The notes under the pieces are model-generated. The model was not told the DNA's origin, did not search any database, and saw nothing but the letters and a program-made list of their open reading frames with translations. A stretch of 64,000 nt of DNA, taken from Octopus sinensis (taxonomy: Eukaryota). Within the stretch, counting starts at the first letter, position 1; the number at the start of each line of letters is the position of its first letter. A program made the translations under genes and the position numbers. The stretch is taken from assembly GCF_006345805.1 (NCBI RefSeq), contig NC_043019.1, positions 11,841,360 through 11,905,359 of the forward strand, written 5' to 3'. Positions 37,965 through 49,633 of this stretch are shown piece after piece.

Positions 37965-38305
37965 TGAGGAGGTGCTGAAAAGTTCCGGCTTTTGGGTAAA
38001 AGAAAATACAGGAGAACCAGTTAATTATGATTTTATTCAACATATTTATTTCTTTACTACCCACAAGGGGCTAAACAAAGAGGGGACAAACAAGGACAGA
38101 CAAAGGGATTAAGTCGATTACATCGACCCCAGTGCGTAACTGGTACCTAATTTATCGACCCCGAAAGGATGAAAGGCAAAGTCGACCTCGGCGGAATTTG
38201 AACTCGGAACGTAACGACAGACAAAATATGGCTATGCATTTCGCCCGGGGTGCTAACGATTCTGCCAGCTCGCCGGTTAAATTTATTCAACATATTCCCT
38301 TCTCA
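37965..38305 (+). mobile_element. Mariner-type left-end fragment interrupted by SINE B
   Basis: GAGGAGGTGCTGAAAAGTTCC...GATTTTATTCAACATATT resumes after the SINE as TTTATTCAACATATTCCC. Confidence 0.55.
38047..38275 (-). mobile_element. SINE family B with 15-bp TSD
   Basis: TSD TTTATTCAACATATT at 38032-38046 and 38282-38296. Confidence 0.92.
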
Positions 38306-38800
38306 GTAGTAGACACTTGCCCAAGGTGCCACACAGTGGGACTGAACCCGGAACCATGTGGTTGGTAAGCAAGCTACTTACCACACAGACACTCCTACGC
38401 CTACAAACATTACATTGACAAAGTAATCTAAATGCTAAATGGTTACAGTGATCATCATCATCATCATCCTTTAGGGTTTTCCATGCTGGCATGGGTTGGA
38501 CAGTTAGACCAGAACTGGTAAGCTGGGAAGCTACATCAAGCTCCAGCCTTATTTGGCTTGGTTTTCTATGGCTGGATGCCCTTCCTAATGCCAACCCCTT
38601 TACAGTGTGTACTGGGTGCTCTTAACATGGCACCAGCATGAGCGCTTTTTATGTGACACTGGTACAGGACTCTTGCAGGTCAATCCTCTGCATGAGAGGG
38701 TGCGGCCTTAACACTTCTGCTGTTGAGGACAGGTCCTCTTGAGTACAAAACCTTCCATCAAATTTAACATTAATTTATGTTCCAAACACCAGCTTAATAT

Positions 38801-39222
38801 ATTTCTTTATTGCCCACAAGGGATAAACATAGGGGGACAAACAAGGACAGACAAAGGGATTAAGTCGATTACATCAACCCCAGTGTGAAACTGGTACCTT
38901 ATTTTTCGACCCCGAAAGGATGAAAGGCAAAGTTGACCTTGGTGGAATTTGAACTCAGAATGTAATGGCAGATGAAATACCGCTAAGCATTTCGCCCGGC
39001 GTGCTAACGTTTCTGCCAGCTCGCCACTCAGCTTATCAGCCCTGGTCAAACTTATTTCTTTATTGTCCACAAGGGGCTAAACAAAGAGGGGACAAACAAG
39101 GACAGACAAAGGGACTAAGTCGATTACATCGACCCCTAGTGCGTAACTGGTACTTATTTAATCGACCCCGAAAGGATGGATGGTAAAATCAACCTCGGCG
39201 GAATTTGAACTCAGAACGTAGC
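38801..39222 (-). mobile_element. Two adjacent SINE B copies
   Basis: 38801-39027 is full length and 39053-39222 lacks the head. Confidence 0.85.
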
Positions 39223-39229
39223 AGCCCTG

Positions 39230-39292
39230 GTCAAACTGTCCAACCCATGCCAACATGGACAACGGATGTTAAATGATGATGACGATGTTGAC

Positions 39293-39346
<54 letters not shown>

Positions 39347-39445
39347 CACGATGATGATGATCATGATGATGATGATCACAATGATGATGATGATCACGAT
39401 GATGATGATGATGATGATGTTGGTGATGGTGGTGGTGGTGGTGAA
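39230..39445 (+). repeat. Family D 3' terminus followed by an expanded (GAT)n tail
   Basis: CCAACCCATGCCAACATGGACAACGGATGTTAAATGATGATG followed by ~150 bp of (GAT)n. Confidence 0.85.
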
Positions 39446-39605
39446 AAGCAATGAATTTCAACAGAAATATGGTAATGAAAGGCATAAGAAATCAGTACTT
39501 CTTTATGCAACAATTCCTCAACCATACACATCATATGTTCATATCATTTGAAGTCTTCTTTCTTGCACACTACATCTGATTCTTCTTTTATTCCTGACCC
39601 TGAAA

Positions 39606-40115
39606 CCTATTTCTTTACTACCCACATGGGGCTAAACACAGAAAGGACAAACAAGGACATACAAACAGATTAAGTTGATTATATCAACCTCAGTGCGTAA
39701 CTGGTACTTATTTAATTGATCCTGAAAGGATGAAAGGCAAAGTTGACCTCGGTGGAATTTGAACTCAAAACGTAATGGCAGACAAAATGGTTAAAATTCG
39801 TAGAATTAAACTACGTTAAACTTACAAATTACAATTTTGTTTTCAATTTTGTTTACAATAATGTTTTTCTTTTGACACATTCTACCAGTATACGAAGTTT
39901 CAAATTTTTTAGTTAACTAGAAAATTCCGTCCATCAAAAGGAAAAGATCCAATACCTATTTCTTTACTACCCACAACGGGCTAAACATAGAAGGGACAAA
40001 CAAGGACAGACAAACAGACTAAGTTATATCAACCCAAGTGCGTAATTGGTACTTATTTAATTGACCCTGAAAGAACTAAAGACAAAGTCAACCTTGGTGG
40101 AATTTGAACTCAGAA
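39606..40115 (-). mobile_element. Two headless SINE B copies separated by a 167-bp orphan repeat
   Basis: SINE B at 39606-39787 and 39955-40115. The spacer matches 56963-57128. Confidence 0.8.
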
Positions 40116-40572
40116 ATACCTGCAGTTACAAAGCCTACACAGCTATAGTTAGTTGTTGTGTTATCTGTGTTTGTTTGTCAATGTCTACTTTACACAGCAG
40201 GCAGCCAAGAGGGAATCTCTGAATTTCACAATACAGGAAGTAAAAGAAACCAAAAAAAAAAAAACATGCCAAAACAAACCCCCCCAAAAAAAACCCCCCA
40301 GTAAAATAAGAAATAAATGAAAGAGAAAAATGAAAAATGATACCAGAATGAGAAATGCCACAGAGTAAAAGCAATAAGAAGCAGATGGAATGTGATGCAG
40401 GAATAGAAGGATAACTGGGTGAATGAGACAGGGGAGGGGCCGGCTGAGAGTGGAACCTAACTCCTGTAGCTTGCCACCCTCTACCATCCATCTACCTATA
40501 CAGGCTTCTCAACCTACCTTTCACTTCAAAGTTTGTTGTTTAAGTTTGGTTCTTTTGTGCAGAATATGTATT

Positions 40573-40625
<53 letters not shown>

Positions 40626-40647
40626 AAATATATACATATGTTGGGTT

Positions 40648-41052
40648 ACTCTCTTTTACTCTTTTACTTGTTTCAGTCATTTGACTGCGGCCATGCTGGA
40701 GCACCGCCTTTCTAGTCAAGCAAATCGACCCCACCAGGACTTATTCTTTTGTAAGCCCAGTACTTATTCTGTCGGTCTCTTTTGCCGAACCGCTAAGTGA
40801 CGGGGACATAAACACACCAGCATCGGTTGTCAAGCAATGCTAGAGGGACAAACACACACACATACATATATATATATATACATATATACGACAGACTTCT
40901 TTCAGTTTCCGTCTACCAAATCCACTCACAAGGCATTGGTCAGCCCAGGGCTATAGCAGAAGACATTTGCCCAAGATGCCATGCAGTGGGACTGAACCCA
41001 GAACCATGTGGCTTGTTAGCAAGCTACTTACCACACAGCCACTCCTGCACCT
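40648..41052 (-). mobile_element. SINE family A, full length
   Basis: Reverse-complement match. Confidence 0.9.
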
Positions 41053-41146
41053 ATTGTGAAATAAACTTGTTTTTTTTTTTTCTTTTCCCCATTCAGTCAT
41101 CTCCAGTATTATTTGAACTAACATGAAAAAATATTTTTTTGTGGTT

Positions 41147-41149
<3 letters not shown>

Positions 41150-41209
<60 letters not shown>

Positions 41210-41440
41210 TATTTTTTATTTTTATTTTATTTTATCTAGTTTCAGCTCAGGAGCTGTGGCCATGCTGGGGCACCGCCATTTGGTGTTGCTACATGATTTT
41301 ACTTCACGAATGCTTTTTAGCAACTGCCATTTGGTGCTTCAGAGAGTTCGATGCAGCTGCCCTCATCTGCACCTCCTGCCGTGAAGTTGGTTCATCTGGG
41401 ACACCTGACAGGAAGAGATCCAGTTTTATTTTAAAGACAT
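41150..41440 (-). mobile_element. CR1-group LINE 3' end with (TAA)n tail (same family as 28690-29535)
   Basis: The minus strand reads KLDLFLSGVPDEPTSRQEVQMRAAASNSL, then GGCGGTGCCCCAGCATGGCCACAGCTCCTGAGCTGAAACTAGATAAAATAAAA. Confidence 0.85.
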
Positions 41441-41494
41441 ATTTAAGACATCTTATTATTTTATTTTAAAGACATCTTTAAAGACATCTTATTA

Positions 41495-41525
<31 letters not shown>

Positions 41526-41942
41526 CATCATTATTATTATTATTTGCAGCTTTATTCTTCCTCTACAACTTTTGTTTTATAATTCCAAAAATTTGAATAA
41601 ATTCTACCTCTTTTTTTCATACATATATTGAACTGCCAAATAGAAACAAACAAATCTCTTTGTAAACCCAGTTCTTATTTAAAAGTGAAAGTAAATATAT
41701 TACGCATATGTATGGACATATATGTGTGTGTGTGTGTGTTTGTGTGTGTATACATATATATATTAACCAGCCGAAATTGCAAAGATACTCTGGAAATCGA
41801 CTGAGGAAAGAAAACTCCGAATGATCCGTCCTTGTTTTCCTTGTATCGTCTGTCTGGATGTTTTGTTGTCCCTTTTTTGTATCACCTAACTGTCTGGATG
41901 TTTTGCGTTCATGTCCTGTTTTGTATTTTCATATATATATAT

Positions 41943-42185
41943 ACTCTTTACTCTTTTAATTGTTTCAGTCATTTGACTGCAGCCATGCTGGAGCACCACC
42001 TTTAGTCGAGCAATCGACCCCGGGACTTATTCTTTGTAAGCCCAGTACTTATTCTATCGGTCTCTTTTGCCGAACCACTAAGTTACGGGGACGTAAACAC
42101 ACCAGCATTGGTTGTCAAGCAATGCTAGGGGGACAAACACAGACACACAAACATACACACACACATACATATATATACACATACA
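41943..42185 (-). mobile_element. SINE family A, 3' half
   Basis: Ends at the internal microsatellite. Confidence 0.85.
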
Positions 42186-43581
42186 TATAATCGTTTTAAT
42201 ATGGTATTGTATTTAGAGACATTCTATTTCAGCAATATCGAAGAATATGTTGTCATGAAACACGCGTAGTAAAGTATATGATTTGCAATAAGAATTGAAG
42301 GTATTAATTTTGATAATTTGGAATAAGAATTGTAGGTATTGGTTTTGATAATTTTAATATTTAGTCCTATATGTACCTATTGCGGATAATGTCATTCAAT
42401 GATGATTGAGTTGCTTGAGGGTGATTCTGTCTCTTAAAACCTATCTACATATATGTATATAATACAGTGAGTAAATCAATTTACTACCACAAAATTTAAC
42501 TTCTCTCCCCTGTGGACTCGGAAATAACTTCCCTAATATTAATATAATATATATATAATTTACAAGATAAGGCCCTTATCTTGTAAATTATGTATAAATT
42601 TTACCTTTAAAGGCATTTTTTGATATGCTGGCCATTGATAAAAATTTTTTCCCGAAAAAAATTTTATCCTATATCAATTATATATCTATAATTTATCTAT
42701 GTATGTGTGTCTTTGTGTCTGTGTTTATGTCCCTGCAACTTAGTGGTTCAGTTAAAGGGATTGATATAATAAATAGCAGGCTTAAAAAATAAAAAAAGTA
42801 AAAAAGTAATGGGGTCAATTTCTTTGACTAAAATTCTTCAGGGCAGTGTTCCAGCATGGCCACAGTGAAATGTCTGAATCAAGTAAAAGAATATTTGTAT
42901 ACACATACACATATGCACTCATTGACTGGTTAGAATATAGGAGTGGGTGAGGAAGGATACTTTGGGTTCAACTGAGCAACAGGTGGAAGGGTGTGAGTAG
43001 AAGAGGGTTTGTAGTGGTGGTGGGGGATTGAGGCAGATGGGATCTGATACATGTTGTGGTTGAAGATGGTGTTAATGGAGATGGAGGTGAGTGAGTGGGT
43101 GAGTTAAGTGGAGGTGCTTGTATGCTGAAGTGAGGGACAAAAGTGGTTGAAGGCTGAAGGAATATGATTGTGACATGTGTGCATGTTTATGAGAGAGAGG
43201 AAATGAAAATGTCTTATAGCTTCCCCTATAGCTTCCAAAGGAGTGGTCTCAGTCCTAAGGGACACACCAGTTCTGAAGCTGTCAGTAATTCAATGAATCA
43301 CACAAAGATGATGAAAGAAAAAATTTTTAAAAAAAGCAAAAAAAAAGGAAAAATACCCCACCCATGTCAATGGCTGAAGGTTAAAGGTCAAATATATAAT
43401 TTTGGAAGAATTCTGATATCACATATTTCTAAATGTTTTTTCCTTGTTTATAAGAATTTTAATTATCTTCAATCCACATCAATGTGTATTTGTGTGTGTC
43501 CAGAGAAAGAGAGAAAAATTCCCATATAAGAAAATCATAGGTACACACAGTGTACATAACATTTACTCATACATACACTCA

Positions 43582-43623
<42 letters not shown>

Positions 43624-43627
<4 letters not shown>

Positions 43628-43942
43628 TAATCCAAACAAGAAAGCACAAAAAAACACAACAATGCGAGGACTTGGAACAAATATAGTATTATTAGATGCT
43701 AAGGAAAGAAGGAGGGTTTAACGTTTCGAGCAGAGCTCTTCGGCGGAAACATAGGAGAAGGAAAGATCCAGAGAAGGGAAGACAGAGGAAAAAAAAATCG
43801 CCAACGGTACACATGAGGTCATAGTTAATCCAAACATGAAAACACAAAGAGAAAACGCAACAATGCGAGGACGTGGAACAAATATAGTATTATTGGACGC
43901 TCAGGAAGGAAGGGAAGAAGGAGGGTTTAACGTTTCGAGCGG
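43624..43942 (-). mobile_element. P1 repeat, 1.6 tandem units of ~200 bp
   Basis: Units start at 43624 and about 43823. Hammerhead-like motif at 43716-43750 (core CCGCCGA). The second unit breaks off inside its motif. Confidence 0.7.
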
Positions 43943-44133
43943 TCGACCCATTTTAAATTCTGTTGGATTTTATTCATAAGTTATTGGAATCTTAAATATA
44001 TACTATTCTGCCTAAAAAATGGATCTACAAATTCAATATCCCTACATATCTTGCATCTATTTTCTTTCCTCCGCCTCACTCTCTATTTTGTATCCTATCT
44101 AAATTAACTATTACTTAACCATCCTCTCACACC

Positions 44134-44186
44134 GGCTCCGATGAAGAGATATAATTAATTAATATCCTGGAAACAGCTGTAAGACC
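44134..44186 (+). ncRNA. Candidate minimal hammerhead, U4C variant, degenerate
   Basis: GGCT-CCGATGA-A-GAGATAT...ATATCCTG-GAAA-CAGCTG-TA-AGACC. Perfect palindrome ACAGCTGT, GUA triplet, imperfect stems I and II. Confidence 0.45.
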
Positions 44187-44450
44187 TATCTATAAATGTT
44201 CAAATATCTACACAGCCTTGGTTTTTTATCTCATTACGCAAAAAATTCTTATATATATATATATTAGAAGGTTTGGAGATGATGTACAAGTATTATATAT
44301 TAGAAGAAATGAGGTACTCATAAATCTGGATGGTTTTATATTTAGAGATATTTATTAGTATGTAACTTACTAATATGTAACATACTAATAAATATCTGTA
44401 AATATAAAACCTCATTTCTTCTAATATATATATATATATATATATAAATT

Positions 44451-44852
44451 CTTTTATTCTTTTACTTGTTTTAGTCATTTAACTGTGGTCATGCTGGAGT
44501 ACTGCCTTTTAGTTGGACAAATCAACCCCAGAACTTATTCTTTGTAAGCTTGATATTTATCTCATCGGCCTCTTTTGCCAAACCATTAAGTTACAGGGAC
44601 ATAAACACACCAACATTGGTTGTCAGGCGAGGGTGGTGGGGACAAACACAGACAAAGTCACACACATAAAATATATTCACATATATATATATACAATAGG
44701 CTTCTTTCAGTTTCTGTTTACCAAATCCACTTACAAGGCTTTGGTTAGCCCAAGGCTGTAGTAGAAGACACCAAGGTGCCATGCAGTGGGACTGAACTCG
44801 GAACCATGTGGATGGGAAGCAAGCTTCTTACAACACAGCCACATCTGCACCT
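44451..44852 (-). mobile_element. SINE family A, diverged
   Basis: Reverse-complement match. Confidence 0.82.
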
Positions 44853-45181
44853 GTCTTTTAAATTTGTTTATGGAAATGTTTTGAATAAGCAAATAAAGCT
44901 CCTATTCCCTTATGCCAGCCATAGTCTAATAATGCTGACTGGTGAACCAGTTTTTCAGAGTTGAATTGAGCTGTCATAGCAATGCATTAAATGTTTGTAA
45001 ATTCCATCCAAGAATTATTATTATTATTATTATTATATGTTTGACTTTTGCTTTAAACTTGTACAAGTTCACTCAAAGTCTCACCCAGAGATGTCAAGAG
45101 ACTACAAGTTAGAAGTTCAAGTTCATGTTATGATTAGGGTACCATATATTTGGTGTCGCACAAAGTATTGTTCTAGAGAAT

Positions 45182-45583
45182 ACTCTTTTTACTCTTTTAC
45201 TTGTTTCAGTCATTTGACTGTGGCCATGCTGGAGCACCGCCTTTAGTTGAGCAAATCGACCCCAGGACTTATTCTTTGTAAGCCTAGTACTTATTCTATC
45301 GGTCTCTTAGGTCGAACTGCTAAGTTACGGGGACGTAAACACACCAGCATCGGTTGTCAAGCGATGTTGCGGGGGGACAAACAAACACACAAACATATAC
45401 ACACACATACACATATATATACATATATACGATGGGCTTCTTCCAGTTTCTGTCTACCAAATCCACTCACAAGGCTTTGGTCGGCCCGAGGCTATAGCAG
45501 AAGACACTTGCCCAAGGTGCCACGCAGTGAGACTGAACGCAGAACCATGTGGTTGGTAAGCAAGCTACTTACCACACAGCCAC
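45182..45583 (-). mobile_element. SINE family A, full length
   Basis: Reverse-complement match. Confidence 0.9.
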
Positions 45584-45867
45584 TCATAGAAAGCATTTTG
45601 CATAGGATATGGGTAGTTCACATGAGCACTGTTTTTTGAATTTCTGCGACGTTTGGATTTCCTGGTACCTGAGCTAGGTAGCAATCAGCCCCTTTTGCTA
45701 TCATTTCTAGGGCACCTATGACAACAGGTATTGTTTTAGCCTTGGGGTTCCACAAACAGTTGTATAATCAAATACCTGTATTTCTGGAGAACTATACTGT
45801 GTGGAAACAGTTGCAGTGATTTAAAAATAATTGTGCAACTGTACTCTCGCAGAAATTCGATATAGTA

Positions 45868-46101
45868 ATGAATGAAAGCAGTTTTTTAGGCATAATCTAC
45901 CAACTACAACAACAGCTGTACTCCATACAGACGACTCAGCAAAACCAGGCAACATTGATACAAAGGCTGACACCTGGACTCACAGGGCACGTACAACAAA
46001 TACAGACAGCCCAGCAGACCGAATATCCAGTCAGCACAGTCCCAGCAACTACAACAGTCTTGCCAACAATAGGGCAGATGTATCCGGTACAACAAGCATA
46101 A
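45868..46101 (+). CDS. 77-aa Gln-rich upstream ORF (probable ORF1 C-terminal remnant)
   Basis: MNESSFLGIIYQLQQQLYSIQ... overlaps the ORF2 frame. The frame is open only from 45820. Confidence 0.45.
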   Translation: MNESSFLGIIYQLQQQLYSIQTTQQNQATLIQRLTPGLTGHVQQIQTAQQTEYPVSTVPATTTVLPTIGQMYPVQQA

Positions 46102-49100
46102 TAACAGCAAATATCCAGGGTCTTTATCCGAAAACAAAACAGTGTAAAGTCCCTTTCTTGGAAGAATTAGCAACAGAAAACAACTCCAAAATAATTGGAA
46201 TTACTGAAAGTCATCTCAACGAAAACATCCGCAACAGCGAAATCATAATCAATAGATTCAACATCTTCAGATGTGATAGACAAGGCAGATCCCATGGGGG
46301 CGTTATCATGTATATCCATGATACCTATGCATGCATAGAACTTGTCAATGAATCAAATGCCTACTGCAACCTGCTGTGCATAAAAATCATCCAACTTAAT
46401 ACAGTTGTAACAATAATGTACAGACCGCCAAACAGCCCAACATTATCCTTCACTGAGCCACTGACGAAGCTCCAACAAATTCTGGGAAACATGGCAAGTC
46501 CAATGCCAGACATTATCCTCCTTGGTGACTTCAACTTCCCTAACATCATCTGGCCACATGGACACATACTAAAACTGGGGACAAAAGCTGAACAAATACA
46601 GGCAGCCAAACTGTTGGAAGTCACAGAGAAATTATACCTCAAACAAATGATGACAGAAGCAACAAGAAATAATAATACGATCGACTTGGTTTTCACCAAC
46701 AACGAGGACATGCTATTTGACCTTCACTCAACCCCAACAATCCTTTCAGACCACAATATTATTGAAATGCATTTACACATTGGTAATGAGCCCAATGCCA
46801 CAACTCTTAAACAAAAGGACATGCCAAAGCTATGCAGGTATGATTATCACCAGGCAAATTGGGAAACTATTAACAAAGTTACAAATCATTGACTGGGATC
46901 TCTACCTTACTAGGCCAGATAAACACAAGAAATTCTTAAACAAGATCGAAGAAATATGTGAAAAAAATGTTCCTCTAAAGAAAACCAAGTCCACAAAAAA
47001 ACCTGTACCACGGGAGCGAAAGATCCTGATGCGCAAAAGGTCAAGACTAAGAAACAAAACATCTAAGCTGACATCAAAACATGAATTACAGAAAGTCCTT
47101 GACCAAATATACAGATTAGAAGACAATCTAAAACAACACTATGATGAAGAACGTAGCAATGCAGAAAAGAAAGCCATAGAAAACATCAAGAAAAATCCAA
47201 AATGTTTCTACAGTTTTGCAAAGAAATACTCGAACACCAAGTCAACAATAGGACCTCTCCAGAGACAAAATGGGGATGTAGTGAATAACCCTATTGAAAT
47301 GGCAGAAATGTTGGGTCAACAGTATGAAAGTGTCTTCAGTGAGCCATCTAAAACCATGAAGATCCATGACCCAGGAAAATTCTTCAAGGATATCGACCAT
47401 ACTAAACCTACCCTATCCGACATTGATTTCAACCCAGAAGACATAGCAAGAGCAATAGACAAGCTCTCCATGCACTCGGCTGCGGGGCCTGACGGTTTCA
47501 ATGCCATGATACTTAAAAACTGCAAGGCACAATTGTCGAAAACCCTTTACATGATATGGAGGGAATCTATGGAGAATGGCAAAATACCAAATACATATAA
47601 AGAAGCACACATAACTCCAATACATAAAGGGGATAGCAAATCAAAACCAAAGAACTACCGACCAATCTCACTGACATCACACATTATCAAGGTCTTCGAA
47701 AGAATAGTTCGTGGAAAACTGGTTGAGTTCCTGGAATCCAACAATCTGATGAATTGCAACCAGCATGGATTCAGGTTAGGTAGATCATGTCTTTCCCAAC
47801 TACTGGCACACCATGACCAAATCCTAGAAAATCTAGAGAATGGATACAACACAGATGTTATCTACCTCGACTTTGCCAAGGCATTTGACAAGGTAGATCA
47901 TGGCATCCTGGGTCACAAACTTCGAAAGCTAGGAGTAGGAGGAAAAGTTGGTACATGGATAAACGAGTTCCTTACAAATAGAACTCAAACAGTCACTGTG
48001 AATGGAACCCATTCAACACCATCACCTGTGACCAGCAGTGTTCCTCAGGGTACAGTACTCGGCCCAATCCTGTTTCTCATCCTCATCTCTGACATAGATG
48101 AAGATACAACCAGCAACGTCTCATCCTTTGCTGATGACACCAGGGTCATGAGACAAATCAAAGACGAGGTGGATACAGAGGCCTTACAAAAGGACCTGAC
48201 CACCATATATAAATGGCAGGAAACAAACAACATGTTGTTCAATGATAAGAAGTTTGAACTAATTCGCTACGGAACAGATCAAGATCTGAAAAATACAACA
48301 AACTACAGAAACCCATCAGGACAACAAATAATGGAAAAACAGTATGTGAAAGATTTAGGCATCCACATGGGAACCAACCTAAAATTCAGAGAACACCTTG
48401 ACTCAGTCTGTCTTACTGCAAGAAAGTACAGCGGGTGGATCTTGCGCACCTTCAAATCAAGAGATACCTCAACAATGAAAACCCTCTGGAACAGTATGAT
48501 ACTTCCGAGGATTGACTACTGTTCTCAGTTGTGGTCACCAACAACAAAGGGCCAACTATCTAAGATAGAATCGCTCCAAAGAAATTTTACCTCATACTTC
48601 TCAGAAACGAGGGACCTGGACTATTGGCAAAGACTCAAAACCTTGAGGATGTACTCAATAGAAAGAAGATTTGAGCGATACCGAATTATATACATTTGGA
48701 AAATGATAGAGCAGAAGGTGCCAAACTTTGGTATCAAAACCTACCACTCACTGCGCCACGGAAGACGCTGCCAGCTGCCACCAATCAACAAAAAGGCTGG
48801 CCAGGCAGCAAAAACCCTGCGAGAATCAAGTCTGTTGGTTCGAGGAGCACAACTGTTCAACTCCATTCCGGTACATGTCAGAAATCTATCAGGATGCAGT
48901 GTGGAATCATTCAAATTGCAACTGGATAGATACTTAAGCACCATTAGAGATGAACCCCATCTCCCAGGATATACACAACGAGCACAAACTGACTCAAACT
49001 CGCTCCTACACATGTCAAATTTAAGCAGAGAATACAACCTGGCAACCCACCAGACTCTGAGGGTGGAGTCTTCGACTTGGCCTGAGCATGGACTCAAACC

Positions 49101-49107
49101 CAAATGA
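45876..49107 (+). pseudogene. LINE ORF2 (APE endonuclease + reverse transcriptase), about 1070 codons, one +1 frameshift near 46876
   Basis: EN motifs ANIQGL, GITESHL, YRPP, LLGDFNFP, IDLVF, SDHN. RT motifs YRPISLTS, QHGFR, YLDFAKAFDKVDH, VPQGTVLGP, FADDT. Frames join at NWETINK|LQIIDW if one A is removed from AACAAAGTTA. Confidence 0.92.
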
Positions 49108-49129
49108 AATGAAATGAAATGAAATTACC

Positions 49130-49300
49130 AAAAACCAAAAATCGAAGACAGATGTGTAAACAACAAATAGATGTATAAGTTTAACACTCAGGAAGTGAGA
49201 AAGTCTTTTACGTTCCTAGCCTACGCTCGTCGACAGAAAGGAACACAGAAATAAACAGGGAGAGAAAATAGAAAAGGTTTAGTGGCTAGAGATCTATCAT
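49130..49300 (-). mobile_element. pLTR-like repeat with a degenerate hammerhead-like motif (49205-49240)
   Basis: CTTT-CTGTCGA-C-GAGC(GTAG)GCTA-GGAA-CGT-A-AAAG has the same architecture as P1, with several core changes. Confidence 0.45.
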
Positions 49301-49475
49301 GGTGAATATATATATATATATGAAACGATCGTAGTGTTTTACTCTTTATCTTTTATTAAACTTTTAATACTCTTGATATATATTGAAAATAATATAAATT
49401 AAATTAATTTTATGTATTGGCTTATGTTTTTCACTGTTTGATTTGCCTAATAGTGGTTTTATCTCTAATTTAATA

Positions 49476-49482
49476 TAATATA

Positions 49483-49513
<31 letters not shown>

Positions 49514-49633
49514 TACACACACACACATATATAATGTAAGGTTTCATTGAAAATATGACTTGTTTAATATAATATATATATATATATATATACACACACA
49601 TACACACACACACATATATAATGTAAGGTTTCA
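49476..49633. repeat. Tandem duplication of a ~72-bp microsatellite-plus-unique unit
   Basis: ...ATAATGTAAGGTTTCATTGAAAATATGACTTGTTT occurs twice. Confidence 0.85.

Larger units (their letters stand above)
45868..49125 (+). mobile_element. Near-intact CR1-group non-LTR retrotransposon (5' boundary uncertain), (AAATG)n tail
   Basis: A Gln-rich short ORF, an APE endonuclease and an RT domain in sequence. Tail AAATGAAATGAAATGAAATGAAAT at about 49102-49125. Confidence 0.95.

Noticed and set aside
46361-49103. Antisense and alternative-frame ORFs of 60-120 aa within the LINE
   Set aside because: These are shadow ORFs of the long coding frame.
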